Positions 51,955 through 62,776 are shown, counted from the first letter of the stretch. The stretch: 64,000 nt of DNA from Pseudomonadota bacterium (GCA_043822005.1 JBDRCE010000031.1:2513-66512), one strand, 5' to 3'. Translations and numbers: made by a program. Notes: generated from the sequence alone by a model not told the origin.

Positions 51955-52599
51955 TCACTTGTCCTTGGCGGGAGCGGCCGCCGCGGCCGCGGCCGGAGCT
52001 TCGGCTTCCTCGTCCGCATCCGAACGGCTGGCCGACGAGCCGGCGATCGTGGCGATCGTGAAGTCGCGGTCGGAGATGACCGGCTTGACGCCCGCCGGCA
52101 GCTTCACCGCCGAGATATGGATCGAGTCGCCGATCTCGGTGCCCTCGAGGTCGACCGTGATGAAGTCCGGGATCGCATTGGCGGGAACCGTGAACTCGAC
52201 CTCGTGACGCACGACATTGAGCACGCCGCCGCGCTTGATGCCGGGCGACTTCTCTTCGTTGATGAAGTGGACCGGCACATCGACGGTCACGAGCGTGTCC
52301 TTGCCGACGCGCAGGAAGTCGACATGGATCGGAAAATCACGGACCGGATCGAGCTGATAGTCCTTCGGCAGAACCTGGATCTTCTGGCCGGCGACGTCGA
52401 TCGTGGCGATCGTGGTCATGAACCCGCCGCCGTGGATCTTGTAATACAGCTCCTTGTAAGGGAGGGCGATCGCCAGGGGAGGCTGTTTGTCGCCATAGAT
52501 GACTGCTGGCACTTTACCGTTGCGGCGAGTTTCGCGGGCGGACCCCTTACCGACCTTCTCGCGCGCATCGGCCTTGAGCTCGTACGTATCGTGGCTCAT
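51955..52599 (-). CDS. rplY: 50S ribosomal protein L25/general stress protein Ctc
   Basis: Start [36 protein letters not shown]. Ala/Glu-rich tail. Confidence 0.95.
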   Translation of the reverse strand: MSHDTYELKADAREKVGKGSARETRRNGKVPAVIYGDKQPPLAIALPYKELYYKIHGGGFMTTIATIDVAGQKIQVLPKDYQLDPVRDFPIHVDFLRVGKDTLVTVDVPVHFINEEKSPGIKRGGVLNVVRHEVEFTVPANAIPDFITVDLEGTEIGDSIHISAVKLPAGVKPVISDRDFTIATIAGSSASRSDADEEAEAPAAAAAAAPAKDK

Positions 52600-52656
52600 G
52601 GCTGTTCCTTTCGCGTTGTATGGAGCGCTCCCGCACCGGCAAGCCGGCTGTTGGCG

Positions 52657-52685
52657 GAAACGTCGAAAGCCGCCCTGTGGGCGGC
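52657..52685 (-). terminator. Candidate terminator downstream of the ribH2-like gene
   Basis: Minus strand: GCCGCCC-aca-GGGCGGC followed by TTTCGACGTTT. Confidence 0.5.
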
Positions 52686-52783
52686 CCTCATCCACGTTGC
52701 CTCCAAGGGTGTCTACGCGGGTGGCGGCTCTATAGCGGATGGCTCCCGATGGCGCAACCCGGCGGAACTGGCCCGGAACCCGG

Positions 52784-53225
52784 CTAGGCGGCGATTCTCA
52801 ACAGTAGCGCCCGGGTGTTAGTGATCATCAGCGCCGCGCGTGCTGCTTCCCGCCCTTTTTCGATGAAATGGCTGCTGTAGATCCGCTTGTGATGATCGGT
52901 CTCCTGGTAGTGGTGCGGAGTAAGCGACACGGACAGCACTGGTATGCCGGTATCGAGCCCGGCGCGCATCAACCCGTCGACGACCGCCTGGGCGACGAAA
53001 TCGTGGCGGTAGATGCCGCCGTCGACGACGAAGGCAGCAGCCGCCACCGCCGCATATCTGCCGCTGGCGGCAAGGTCGCGGGCAAGCAGCGGCAGCTCGA
53101 AGGCGCCCGGTACGTCGTAGACGTCGACACTGTCGGCTGGGATGAGTTCGAGAACCATCGAGCGCCCTGTCGACGATTTCAAAATGCCAGTTCGCCTTGA
53201 CGAAGGCATAGCGGGTGGGTGTCAT
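52784..53225 (-). pseudogene. ribH: 6,7-dimethyl-8-ribityllumazine synthase (RibH2-type), frameshifted in this sequence
   Basis: N-terminus MTPTRYAFVKANWHFEIVDRAL is in one frame. The rest (MVLELIPADSVDVYDVPGAFELPL...AAFVVDGGIYRHDFVAQAVV...LSVSLTPHHY) is in another. The ATG-to-stop span is 442 nt, which is not a multiple of 3. The shift lies around 53146-53170. Confidence 0.7.
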
Positions 53226-53300
53226 CGTGATCTCCTTCGGTTGTGACACGTCACCCAAGGCGATCACGCACAGCCGGTCCCCGGAGGAGACCAGCCGCCC

Positions 53301-53437
53301 GTTCTCTTTCATCCGGACTCTAACCGTCGGCTCAGGCATCACACCTGATCTGCTGACCCTTCTTTCGGAAGGCGCTCGCGGGCTCGCGACAGACGCCGCA
53401 TACCGCCGGTGGGGAATTTCGCCCCGCCCTGAGAACG
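53301..53437 (-). promoter_or_regulatory. FMN riboswitch (RFN element) in the ribH2 leader
   Basis: Minus strand reads GTTCTCAGGGCGGGGCGAAATTCCCCACCGGCGGTA...AGCCCGCGAGC...GGTCAGCAGATCAGGTGTGATGCCTGAGCCGACGGTTAGAGTCCGGATGAAAGAGAAC. This matches the conserved RFN core blocks as I recall them. The downstream TCTCCTCC could pair with the AAGGAGA RBS. Confidence 0.85.
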
Positions 53438-53499
53438 GCGCAACGATAGGCGAGCAGCCCTGTCGAGGCAACTGCTGCCGTTCGTGAGCCGCACCAGCC

Positions 53500-53532
53500 A
53501 AAAAGGACCCGCCGTCATTAGCGACGGCGGGT
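53500..53532 (-). terminator. Rho-independent terminator after the DUF1127 gene
   Basis: Minus strand: ACCCGCCGTC-gctaat-GACGGCGGGT 10-bp stem followed by CCTTTTT. Confidence 0.75.
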
Positions 53533-53581
53533 GAGTGAGGCTCGGACGGGGGCGGTGTCCGCCGCCCCCGAATTGTTGTGC

Positions 53582-53806
53582 CTACAGGTTCCAGGTATCG
53601 CGCATGCGCCGCCATTCGGCGCGGAATGTTTCCTCCGGCCCGAGAATCTCTTCCCGCGTCAGGCCGATGTCGCGCAACAGGCGGTCGTCCTTCCTGGCAA
53701 GAAGGTACCGCAGTTCGCGGCTGAGATGGGTCCGGGGGGAAGTGGGGCGGGCGCGTTCGACCGGAATGTCGGTCGCGTCGAAAAATGCGGTGGTCATGGT
53801 CGTCAT
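53582..53806 (-). CDS. DUF1127 domain-containing small protein
   Basis: 74 aa with the LARKDDRLLRDIGLTREEI motif characteristic of DUF1127. Confidence 0.8.
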   Translation of the reverse strand: MTTMTTAFFDATDIPVERARPTSPRTHLSRELRYLLARKDDRLLRDIGLTREEILGPEETFRAEWRRMRDTWNL

Positions 53807-53844
53807 GCTCTGTGTTGAAACATGCAGATAGGCTCTGCGTTGAC

Positions 53845-53859
53845 ATTCGACAAACGAAT
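53845..53859. promoter_or_regulatory. Candidate LysR-type T-N11-A box
   Basis: ATTCG-ACAAA-CGAAT dyad in the divergent DUF1127/LysR spacer. Confidence 0.4.
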
Positions 53860-53898
53860 TGCTGTGATGGCAGCCATGATGTTTCGGAATGCCTCGTC

Positions 53899-54780
53899 AT
53901 GAATCTGCATCTCGACGGCGACCTGCTCAGGACGTTCCTCGCGGTCGCCGACAGCGGCAATTTCACCCATGCCGCCGTGCGAGTGGGGCGCACCCAATCG
54001 GCGGTGTCGATGCAGATCAAGCGCCTTGAGGAATCTGTCGACGCCGTGCTCTTCGAGCGCGGCGCGCGTGGCGTGACACTGACCGACAAGGGGAGCCAGC
54101 TTCTCGGCAATGCGCGGCGCATCGTGGCGCTCTTTGAAGAAACCGCGGCACTTCTCGATCCGAGGGCTCTCGACGGCCGGGTGCGGATCGGCATTCCCGA
54201 GGAATATGGCCAATCGGTAATCTCGGCGGCGCTTAACGCATTCTCGCGCAAGCACCCGAATGTCGAGATCACGGTCCGCTTCGGCTGTTCGGCAGACAAT
54301 CTGTCCCGCGTGCAGTCCGGCGATCTCGACATCGCGGTCATCTTCGAGTGGCAGGACTTCTCGGAAGGCGAAATGCTGATGCTCGACCCGACGGTATGGG
54401 TCACGTCCGAGCAGCATTTCCAGCACGAACGCAAGCCGCTGCCGATTGCCCTCTACGGCAGTTCCGGCTGGTGCCGCGACTTCGCGCTGAAATCGCTCGA
54501 GACGCGCGGCATCGACTATCGTGTCGCCTATGCCAGCGACACAAACGGCGGCCTGAAGCTCGCCGTCACCTCGGGGCTTGCCATCGCGCCGATCTCGCGC
54601 AGCAATATCCCGCCCGGCTGCCGCGAACTCACGGCCGCCGACGGTTTCGGCGACATCGACACGTCGCATGTCGTGCTGCACGTCAACGCGAAAGCGAAGG
54701 GGCCGGCGGTCGCGGGTATGGCCGAGGCGATCCGCGAGGCGTTCTCCGCGATGAGGCCGCTGCTTTCCTCCGCCGCCTGA
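53899..54780 (+). CDS. LysR family transcriptional regulator
   Basis: MNLHLDGDLLRTFLAVADSGNFTHAAVRVGRTQSAVSMQIKRLEE HTH at the internal ATG 53899. Confidence 0.9.
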   Translation: MNLHLDGDLLRTFLAVADSGNFTHAAVRVGRTQSAVSMQIKRLEESVDAVLFERGARGVTLTDKGSQLLGNARRIVALFEETAALLDPRALDGRVRIGIPEEYGQSVISAALNAFSRKHPNVEITVRFGCSADNLSRVQSGDLDIAVIFEWQDFSEGEMLMLDPTVWVTSEQHFQHERKPLPIALYGSSGWCRDFALKSLETRGIDYRVAYASDTNGGLKLAVTSGLAIAPISRSNIPPGCRELTAADGFGDIDTSHVVLHVNAKAKGPAVAGMAEAIREAFSAMRPLLSSAA

Positions 54781-54903
54781 ACTCGATCATTTCGATTGAC
54801 GCCGGTTCGCCGCAGGGTAATCTTCCCTCCATCGGGGGCATGGGTGGACTCCCCGGAAAGGCTTCGGCCCAAGTTCCGCCTTCGCATTTTTGCGGAGGAA
54901 ACC

Positions 54904-55716
54904 ATGCCTCGAACCATCACGCCCGCAGCGCTCGCCCACCTCATCGGCTCGCCCGATTGCCCCGTCATAGTCGATGTCCGACGGGAAAACGTGTTTCAGC
55001 AAGCCGTAACCCGGATTCCGACGGCCGTCTGGCGATCGCATCTCGTGCCCGAAACCTGGCTCGCCGGGTTCGAACCCGGACGCTCCTTCGTCGTCTACTG
55101 CGTGCACGGACACAATGTCAGCGAGATCGCCGCGGCGAAGCTGCGCGCGTTGGGCGCGGAGGTGGCGGTCCTGGAAGGAGGCATCGAGGCCTATGCGGCG
55201 CTCGGCGAGCTTTTGATCTCGAATGCGCCCGGCGTCGCGAACGGGCTTGCCTCGCCCAGCGTCTGGGTGACGCGCGAACGGCCGAAGGTCGATCGTGTCG
55301 CCTGCCCTTGGCTCATCCGCCGCTTCGTCGACGCGTCTGCGATCTTTCACTACGTCGCGCCGGAATGGGTCCGCGACGTTGCCGAGGAAACCGGGGCGAT
55401 ACCCTTCGACATCGACGGCGTGGTCTATTCGCACCGCGGCGAAATGTGCAGTTTCGACACGATGCTCGACGAGTTCGGGCTCGACACGCCTCCCCTGCGG
55501 CGGATGGCGCGGATCGTTCGCGGAGCAGACACGGCACGGCTCGATCTCGAGCCGCAGGCGGCCGGGCTGCTTGCCATCCTGCTCGGACTGTCGGCAATGG
55601 AATCCGACGATCTCAGTCAACTGGAAAAGGCAATTCCCGTGTTTGACGCACTCTATGCCTGGTGCCGCTACGCGGCCGAGGAAACCCACAACTGGCCGGC
55701 ACGGGCAAGCCTCTGA
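54904..55716 (+). CDS. Rhodanese domain fused to a ChrB C-terminal-like (chromate resistance) domain
   Basis: Rhodanese-like N half (VIVDVRR...VVYCVHGHNVS). The C half (VWVTRERPKVDRVACPWLIRRFVD...) resembles ChrB_C. The stop overlaps the chrA start. Confidence 0.7.
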   Translation: MPRTITPAALAHLIGSPDCPVIVDVRRENVFQQAVTRIPTAVWRSHLVPETWLAGFEPGRSFVVYCVHGHNVSEIAAAKLRALGAEVAVLEGGIEAYAALGELLISNAPGVANGLASPSVWVTRERPKVDRVACPWLIRRFVDASAIFHYVAPEWVRDVAEETGAIPFDIDGVVYSHRGEMCSFDTMLDEFGLDTPPLRRMARIVRGADTARLDLEPQAAGLLAILLGLSAMESDDLSQLEKAIPVFDALYAWCRYAAEETHNWPARASL

Positions 55717-57049
55717 TGAGCGTTCTGTCAGGCACCGACCCGAGGCCGTCATTTGCCGAAGCCGTCCGCGTCTTCGCCCGCATCGGGCTGCTGTCCTTCG
55801 GCGGCCCTGCGGGACAGATCGCACTGATGCATCGTATCCTCGTCGACGAAAGGAAATGGCTCGACGAGGCGCGCTTCCTGCACGCCCTGAACTACTGCAT
55901 GCTCCTGCCCGGACCCGAGGCGATGCAGCTTGCCACCTATGCCGGCTGGCTGCTGCATGGGGTCAAGGGCGGGCTGATGGCCGGCCTCCTCTTCGTGCTT
56001 CCCGGCGCGCTGGTGCTGACCCTGCTCTCCAGCCTCTACCTGCTCCTCGGCGATATCGGGATCGTCCAGGGTCTGCTGTTCGGGTTGAAAGCGGCGGTGC
56101 TCGCCGTCGTGCTCGAAGCGCTCGTGAAAGTCTCGAAACGGGCGCTCAAGGGCCGGCAGATGGTCGCCATTGCGGTCCTCGCCTTCGTCGCGATCGCTTT
56201 TCTGCGACTGCCGTTCCCCCTCATCATCGCGCTGGCAGCTCTTGCCGGTGCAGGGCTTCATCTGGCGGGGCACGGCAACCGCCAGTCATCGGCCAGCGCG
56301 ACGGTGGCGCCGGCCGACATGCCCGAATGGACGCGGCCGAATCTCGGCCGTCTTGTCTCGACGCTCGCGGTCTGGCTCGCACTCTGGTTCGGCCCGCTCC
56401 TGCTGCTGCACGCCGTGCTCGGCTCGCAGCATGTCTACGCCAAGGAAGCATCCTTCTTCTCTGTCATGGCGGCGGTGACTTTCGGCGGCGCCTATGCGGT
56501 CCTCGCCTGGGTCGCCCAGCAGGCGGTGGAGGTCTATGCCTGGCTGCGGCCGGACGAGATGCTGACCGGCCTCGGGCTAGCCGAGACGACACCGGGACCG
56601 CTGATCCTCGTCCTCGTCTTCGTCGGCTTTTTGGGAGGCGCGCGCCAGTCCGGGCTGGAGCCGCTCGTCGGCGGTCTTGCAGGGGCCATGGTGACGCTCT
56701 GGTTCACCTTCGTGCCCTGCTTCCTCTGGATCTTCGTCGGCGCTCCCTATGTCGAGACGGTGCGCAGCATTGCGTGGCTGTCGACGGCGCTGGCGGCCGT
56801 CACCGCTGCTGTCGTCGGGATCATCGCCAATCTCGCACTCTGGTTTGGACTGCACGTGCTGTTCGCGACGGTCGGCGAGGTCGCTGCCGGACCGTTTTCC
56901 CTGCCGCTGCCGGACCTCGCGAGCTTCGATCCCAGGGCGGCGCTGATCGCCGTCGCCGCTGGCGTAGCGCTGCTGCGCTACCACGTCAACATGATCGTGG
57001 TGCTGACCGCGGCGGCCGCGGCCGGGATGATTCTACGCCTGGCAGGTGG

Positions 57050-57053
<4 letters not shown>
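55716..57053 (+). CDS. chrA: Chromate efflux transporter
   Basis: [19 protein letters not shown]... and a second [12 protein letters not shown] half, the duplicated CHR-family architecture. ATG 55716 shares one base with the upstream TGA. Confidence 0.9.
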
Positions 57054-57982
<929 letters not shown>

Positions 57983-58081
57983 GCAGAATCCTCGGCGCTC
58001 GCCTGATCGGATAATGCGCGCCTTTAAGCGGCAAGCCAGCGCATTTCAAGCCAATAAGGACATGTGCACATGAGAGGCGCG

Positions 58082-58111
58082 AAAAAAGTCGCAGGCCGGC
58101 GTCAGCCGGCC
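58082..58111 (-). terminator. Candidate terminator overlapping the lipoprotein gene stop
   Basis: Minus strand: GGCCGGC-tgac-GCCGGCC followed, after TGCGAC, by TTTTTT. Confidence 0.5.
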
Positions 58112-58644
58112 CGCGTCGCGAGCCAGGTGTCGAATTCGTCCGCCGTGCGGTCGGCGATCGCGCGCATGTTGGATTCGGTCACGTCGATCCAGCCCTGGTT
58201 GCGGCCCTCGACCCGTTCCTGGCCGGAGAAGCGATGCACACGATTGCCGGCAGCGTCCATGACGTCCCAGACATAGAAGACGATCGTCTCCCCATCTTCC
58301 GGCGAGGTCGAGAAGAAGCCTTTCAGTGTGTAGTTGGCAGCCGGATCGGCGGAAGCCAGCAGCGAAAAACGCTTAGAGGCTGCGCGGGCCGCGAGCCGGG
58401 CGGACAGCTGTTCGGCGGCCTGGGCCGGCGCGCCGATCACCGGGGCGAGGATCACGCGCGCCGGTTCGTTCGTCAGCGCCGCGACCTGCGGCGAGGCCGC
58501 GGCGGTCTGGGTCGGTTCGACGACGGGAAGGGGTTGCGGCGCGGAACTCGACGGAGGAATTCCCATCGTCGGGTCCACGCTGGTGCACGCCGCGCCTGAA
58601 AGCGCCGCGCCCAGGAGAACGATTGCTGTGACACAGCGACTCAT
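58102..58644 (-). CDS. Putative lipoprotein
   Basis: MSRCVTAIVLLGAALSGAAC lipobox at the internal ATG 58644. Confidence 0.6.
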   Translation of the reverse strand: MSRCVTAIVLLGAALSGAACTSVDPTMGIPPSSSAPQPLPVVEPTQTAAASPQVAALTNEPARVILAPVIGAPAQAAEQLSARLAARAASKRFSLLASADPAANYTLKGFFSTSPEDGETIVFYVWDVMDAAGNRVHRFSGQERVEGRNQGWIDVTESNMRAIADRTADEFDTWLATRAG

Positions 58645-58927
58645 CGCTCGGATATTACCCTCGTACGGGCGCGCCCCACCCAATCGGCGAAGTTTAGACC
58701 TCATCGCACGATCAAGTCGATATCGCGTACCACACAGCGAACCGACTGAATATGCATGAGAAACTCGACCATCGACGCCACGTTCCCAATTCAATTACCA
58801 ATCGTGTCCCACGCCCCAATCGAAACGCGGACGACACGCCTGGGTCGATGCGCACGATACGCCTTGATCGGAAACACGGCAATGTGCGCACAATACGGCA
58901 TGACATAACACCACACAGGATCACACC

Positions 58928-59200
58928 GTGGACATCCGTGCCGAGACGCTAACCATAACCCAACTGGCTCGCAAGCTTGGCCTATCGCGCCCATACGTCA
59001 GCCGCAATTACCGAAAGTGGGGATTCAAAACCCTGCCGCAATTCGTCAAGCCTCGGGTGTTGGTCGCCGATGCCGAGCGATACCTAGCAGGGACGCTCAA
59101 ACCCGATGCGGCACCCCTGCCCTATGACGAGGCCCACCGTCTGGCACAGGAAGCTGCTGAATACGCTGAACTTGGACTCGACTGGCCGCCAGCGGAATAG
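58928..59200 (+). CDS. Small HTH DNA-binding protein (excisionase/AlpA-like placement)
   Basis: GTG start. LTITQLARKLGLSRPYVSRNYRKWG helix-turn-helix. Confidence 0.45.
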   Translation: MDIRAETLTITQLARKLGLSRPYVSRNYRKWGFKTLPQFVKPRVLVADAERYLAGTLKPDAAPLPYDEAHRLAQEAAEYAELGLDWPPAE

Positions 59201-59282
59201 ATCCAGCCATCCTACGCCGACTGGGGCGGTGCTAGAAAGCTGCAAATGCACCTGTATACTAGGCGGAAAGCATGGAGGCTTC

Positions 59283-59558
59283 ATGTCTATCAACGATTAC
59301 GTCGATGACCTCGAAGGCGCGGCTAGATACGCACTGGCAAAAGCCGGGGCAATCGAAGTGTGCCAGTTTCACTCCGATGTCACGATCCGAATAGGCGACG
59401 AAGACGCAGAGCGTCACGCATATGCCCTAGCTACAACGATTCTTAAGAGTGACGGTACTATGTGGATGCGTGAAGATCTGATGCCGGTTATTGCTGACCA
59501 ACTGATCCAGGCAGCAGATGGCGAATGTCCGCAGTGCGCCTACTTGGCGGATTCCTGA
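59283..59558 (+). CDS. Hypothetical protein (91 aa)
   Basis: ORF with ATG 59283 inside track ORF 59106..59558. No motif. Confidence 0.4.
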   Translation: MSINDYVDDLEGAARYALAKAGAIEVCQFHSDVTIRIGDEDAERHAYALATTILKSDGTMWMREDLMPVIADQLIQAADGECPQCAYLADS

Positions 59559-59705
59559 ACATTCCAAACGTGACCAACTAGAAGCACTGCCCGCTACCTT
59601 CACGGCGTGCGCATCTAGCTGGGATGATACGGCGTAGCCGTGCACTTGGTTATCGCGCCCCGGCACCGACTCTTATATGCATAACCGGAACCAAAGGGGG
59701 AAGGC

Positions 59706-59912
59706 ATGGCGTTGATCATTGGAGACCGTGTTGATGACACTTTGGAGCGTGCTCGGTGGCGCGCAAAGGATTCGATCACGGGCGCTGACGTAGCGGTCAG
59801 AATCTCGCACGAGGCGCTCACGGATAAGGGTGAGGCGGCATGTCTCGATAAGGCATCAGAGAAGTACGATGGCTCCCGAACCTCCGTCGATGTGACAACT
59901 GGTGATTTTTGA
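59706..59912 (+). CDS. Hypothetical protein (68 aa)
   Basis: ORF preceded by GGGGGAAGG. No motif. Confidence 0.35.
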   Translation: MALIIGDRVDDTLERARWRAKDSITGADVAVRISHEALTDKGEAACLDKASEKYDGSRTSVDVTTGDF

Positions 59913-60237
59913 AATGCCCACCGGACCTAGGGGCCAATAGCCTTCCAGTTGGCAGTGGGCATTTCGCACTTAGCGCGGCTACGCCACCCGCCGCCATGAC
60001 CCGACCCACGCGATGATAAGCGTGCTATCACCGACTGAGATATGGCCTGCACCTGTTGCGCAGGATGCCCTTCTCCCGAGCGATGTCGTCAGGTTTCTGT
60101 CCAGCTGTGAAACGACGCCAAAGGGTCAGGTAGGTCATGCCGCAGGCCGTTGCGAACGCGGCCATGGATTCGAACCGCTACCCATCGGCGAGCACGATTT
60201 GCGTCTTAGTGCCGGGCGATCCGGTCGGAGTCATGGC

Positions 60238-60513
60238 TCAACCCCAGTATTCAATGATGCGCTGAAACAGGCCGCGCTTCTCAGACCGAGCTTCGCGGAC
60301 CCGATCGATCAACACTTGCAGGGGCGACACGCTGCGGCGGAACGGAATGCGCAATCGGCGTTCCTTCTCCTTCTCGACCTCGTGCGCTGCATCGCGTGCC
60401 TCCTCAATGGCGACCGCCCGCTTAAGCTTGCGCTCCAGAAGCTCGCCGAGGTTCGTCGGGTGCTTGTATTGCGGGTCCCAGTTCTCCGGGAAGTCGGACG
60501 TTTTATGCGACAT
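60238..60513 (-). CDS. Hypothetical protein (91 aa)
   Basis: Third gene of a tightly packed minus-strand trio. Charged and helical. Confidence 0.45.
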   Translation of the reverse strand: MSHKTSDFPENWDPQYKHPTNLGELLERKLKRAVAIEEARDAAHEVEKEKERRLRIPFRRSVSPLQVLIDRVREARSEKRGLFQRIIEYWG

Positions 60514-60522
60514 CGTTTGCTC

Positions 60523-61092
60523 CTACATTCTCGCCAAGGACGACCACGCGTCTAGCTGCTCCTGCACCCAGGCATTGGTGCTCGAACGCGCCTTGAGCTT
60601 CTGTTCAATCGCAGCAAGGGCCGCCGCATCGTCACGGAGGGGACTTGCGGGAGGACGCTGCGCACCCCCTGTGGCAAGCGCCTCTATCATTCCGACCGGC
60701 TGCTTGTCGGTGACCTCGACAGTCGGCATGGGCGGTTCAGGCGGAGCGTCAACTAGTACGGGCACGACAGAGATCCTGTGCCGCGTGACCTCGATCACGT
60801 CGCACTCATCATCGGCGAAGGTATGGTACGTCTCGCCTGTCGGCGCGGCTCGGTACTCGCGCTCCACATGCTCCATATTCACGTCGAGGGGTTTGAGAAA
60901 CTTGCCACAGGGGATGACGGTGATGCTGATGCGGATCGCATCGTCCGGCGTGTCGTCGTCAAAGGGAACGAGGTCGTCTCCGTCATGCGTGACGAACCTG
61001 TAGTCGCAGAAAAGCTCGTCGCCGGAGATGTGCAGCTTGGTGAGGCGGCGCTCCTGCGCATCGAGGCGTTGCAGGATGGCCGCGAGTTGCAT
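60523..61092 (-). CDS. Hypothetical protein (189 aa)
   Basis: ATGA overlap with the upstream gene. No motif. Confidence 0.5.
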   Translation of the reverse strand: MQLAAILQRLDAQERRLTKLHISGDELFCDYRFVTHDGDDLVPFDDDTPDDAIRISITVIPCGKFLKPLDVNMEHVEREYRAAPTGETYHTFADDECDVIEVTRHRISVVPVLVDAPPEPPMPTVEVTDKQPVGMIEALATGGAQRPPASPLRDDAAALAAIEQKLKARSSTNAWVQEQLDAWSSLARM

Positions 61093-61628
61093 CAGTTCAT
61101 GCCCGCCGATGGCGATGCCTGATAGACCGCTAGCTTGGTGAGGTCCTTCGCCTTGGTCGGACGGGCGCTCGTGTCGCCTTCGATCACCCCCCGCTCGCTC
61201 GCGTCAATCAGCGCTTTCTCAAGCTTCTGGTTCTGCGCTAGCAGGGTCGCAAGCTGTGCCGTCTGATCGCTGTCGAGCACCTTGAGCACCACGTCGAGGT
61301 CGCGCTTTGTAAGATCGCCATTCGCAAACAGCTTGAGCGCGACAACGCGCTTCTGCTCGTTCGGTGCGTCGAGCAACCCTTGCAACGCTTCCGGGTCGCC
61401 GCCGAACTCCTCATTGGGATCGACCTTCGCGAGTTCGATCATTGTCTTGCTCGCGGCCAGTCGAACCTCGGGCAACGGGCACTGTGTCGCCAGCGATTTG
61501 ATCTGCTCGACAATCGCCACCTGATGCTCACGCGCTAGATCGCCCAGAGACTTGACCTCGGGCATTCCTGCCGCCTCGCGGGCCAGCTTGTCGAACCTGC
61601 GCAGCTGCGCTTTGGTGTAATTCGCCAT
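61092..61628 (-). CDS. Hypothetical protein (178 aa, helical)
   Basis: Start MANYTKAQLRRFDKLAREAAG at the internal ATG 61628. First gene after the AT-rich divergent spacer. Confidence 0.5.
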   Translation of the reverse strand: MANYTKAQLRRFDKLAREAAGMPEVKSLGDLAREHQVAIVEQIKSLATQCPLPEVRLAASKTMIELAKVDPNEEFGGDPEALQGLLDAPNEQKRVVALKLFANGDLTKRDLDVVLKVLDSDQTAQLATLLAQNQKLEKALIDASERGVIEGDTSARPTKAKDLTKLAVYQASPSAGMN

Positions 61629-61879
61629 AGTATACTCACTATTCGAGGGGCGTATAACCCATACGTCAAAGTGCTGTATTCGTAAATACATCGCAATTCG
61701 AATTAACACAACAAGATATATCGATTTTACTTGACGTGTAATATTACAATACTTTCACGTTGTAATCGCACTGTCACCTGCTGTGCGCCTTCTAGGGCCG
61801 GACGCGTCTCGTTCCATGGGCGTGCCCGGCCCACCCGCACAAAGGTGACCGCGCCGGGGCATTTGGAAGGAACAGCACT

Positions 61880-62071
61880 GTGACAGACGATCCCACGCCA
61901 ATCCCACCCACAAGCGGCAACGCCGAGAAGCGACTGATGCTCAAGAAGCATCTCGCCGACTTGGCCGCTGGTTACATGATTACGTCCACCACCGGATGCG
62001 TGACGCATATCGCGGTCGAAGGTGAACTGGAACTCGTTCCGCAACCCCCGCACAAGACAGCAAGGAACTGA
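61880..62071 (+). CDS. Hypothetical protein (63 aa)
   Basis: GTG-start ORF ending 3 nt before the protease gene. Confidence 0.35.
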   Translation: MTDDPTPIPPTSGNAEKRLMLKKHLADLAAGYMITSTTGCVTHIAVEGELELVPQPPHKTARN

Positions 62072-62074
62072 CCG

Positions 62075-62776
62075 ATGTCAGCATTTGATGGCCTCGCGAG
62101 GATTCAGGCCAAGCTGATCGGCATGCGTGCTCTGCTCATGAAATATCAGGCCATAAACACGGGTGATGTGGCGACCATTGCAGGGGCCGACAAGCTTCTG
62201 GCGCAGTCAAAGTTCGCACTTGTCGAGGACGGCCGCATCCTCGGCAAGGACGCCTCGGCATCGATCAGTGCAGGCGGCAATGACGGCATCGTTTCCGGCC
62301 TCGCCTCGACGGATGACATGGACCTGTATCGCCATGTCGTCATGGCCGGCGCCTTCACCGAAAGCATCCGCAAGCGCGGCCTGACCGGCCCCTCGGCGAT
62401 CAAGCTTCTGCTGGACCACGATTGGACGAGACCCGCAGGCCTTATCCGCAGGTTGGAATATCGCGGCGGCAGGCTGGAGATCGACGCGAAGCTGAACCTA
62501 GACATCGAATACGTGCGCGACCGTCACTCGGCCATGAAGATGCTCGGCGGATTCAATTTCAGCGTCGGATTCATGCTGCAAGATTACGAAATCAAAACCG
62601 ACCGGAACAAGATCGAGTACCTCCAGATCAATCGCGGCGATCTGTTTGAGGTCTCGCTCGTGGCCTTCCCCGGAAACGAGTCCGCGACCCTGACATCGAT
62701 CAAATCGCAACCCGACAGCGACCCTGCTGTCGCCAGCATCGACCGCATCCAAGCAATGATCTCTCTTCTCAAATAA
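62075..62776 (+). CDS. HK97-family phage prohead protease
   Basis: GLASTDDMDLYRHVVMAGAF...KLLLDHD...GGFNFSVGF...LFEVSLVAFPGNESA matches the S78/U35 prohead protease pattern. Confidence 0.8.
   Translation: MSAFDGLARIQAKLIGMRALLMKYQAINTGDVATIAGADKLLAQSKFALVEDGRILGKDASASISAGGNDGIVSGLASTDDMDLYRHVVMAGAFTESIRKRGLTGPSAIKLLLDHDWTRPAGLIRRLEYRGGRLEIDAKLNLDIEYVRDRHSAMKMLGGFNFSVGFMLQDYEIKTDRNKIEYLQINRGDLFEVSLVAFPGNESATLTSIKSQPDSDPAVASIDRIQAMISLLK

Noticed and set aside
52818-54434. 538-aa minus-strand ORF covering ribH2, the riboswitch, the DUF1127 gene and part of the LysR gene.
   Set aside because: Only its short segment MTPTRYAFVKANWHFEIVDRAL is real, as the ribH2 N-terminus. The rest runs through an RFN element, two terminators and the antisense of the LysR gene.
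60028-60165. 45-aa minus-strand ORF (MAAFATACGMTYLTLWRRFTAGQKPDDIAREKG...) with a faint HTH flavour, downstream of the 91-aa gene.
   Set aside because: It is too short and lacks a convincing RBS or motif, so it is mentioned only as a possibility.
60150-60185. GGTTCGAATCC (T-loop-like) sequence on the minus strand, considered as a tRNA gene or tRNA-derived att remnant.
   Set aside because: The flanking bases do not form a T-stem (only 2 of 5 Watson-Crick pairs). No acceptor or anticodon arms can be drawn. It is probably a chance match.
61629-61879. AT-rich divergent spacer with TTGACG, TACAAT and repeated ACGTGTAAT/ACGTTGTAAT, considered as defined promoters or operators.
   Set aside because: The spacing between the -35-like and -10-like hexamers is wrong (8 nt or 24 nt). 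It is plausibly regulatory, but I cannot place specific sites.
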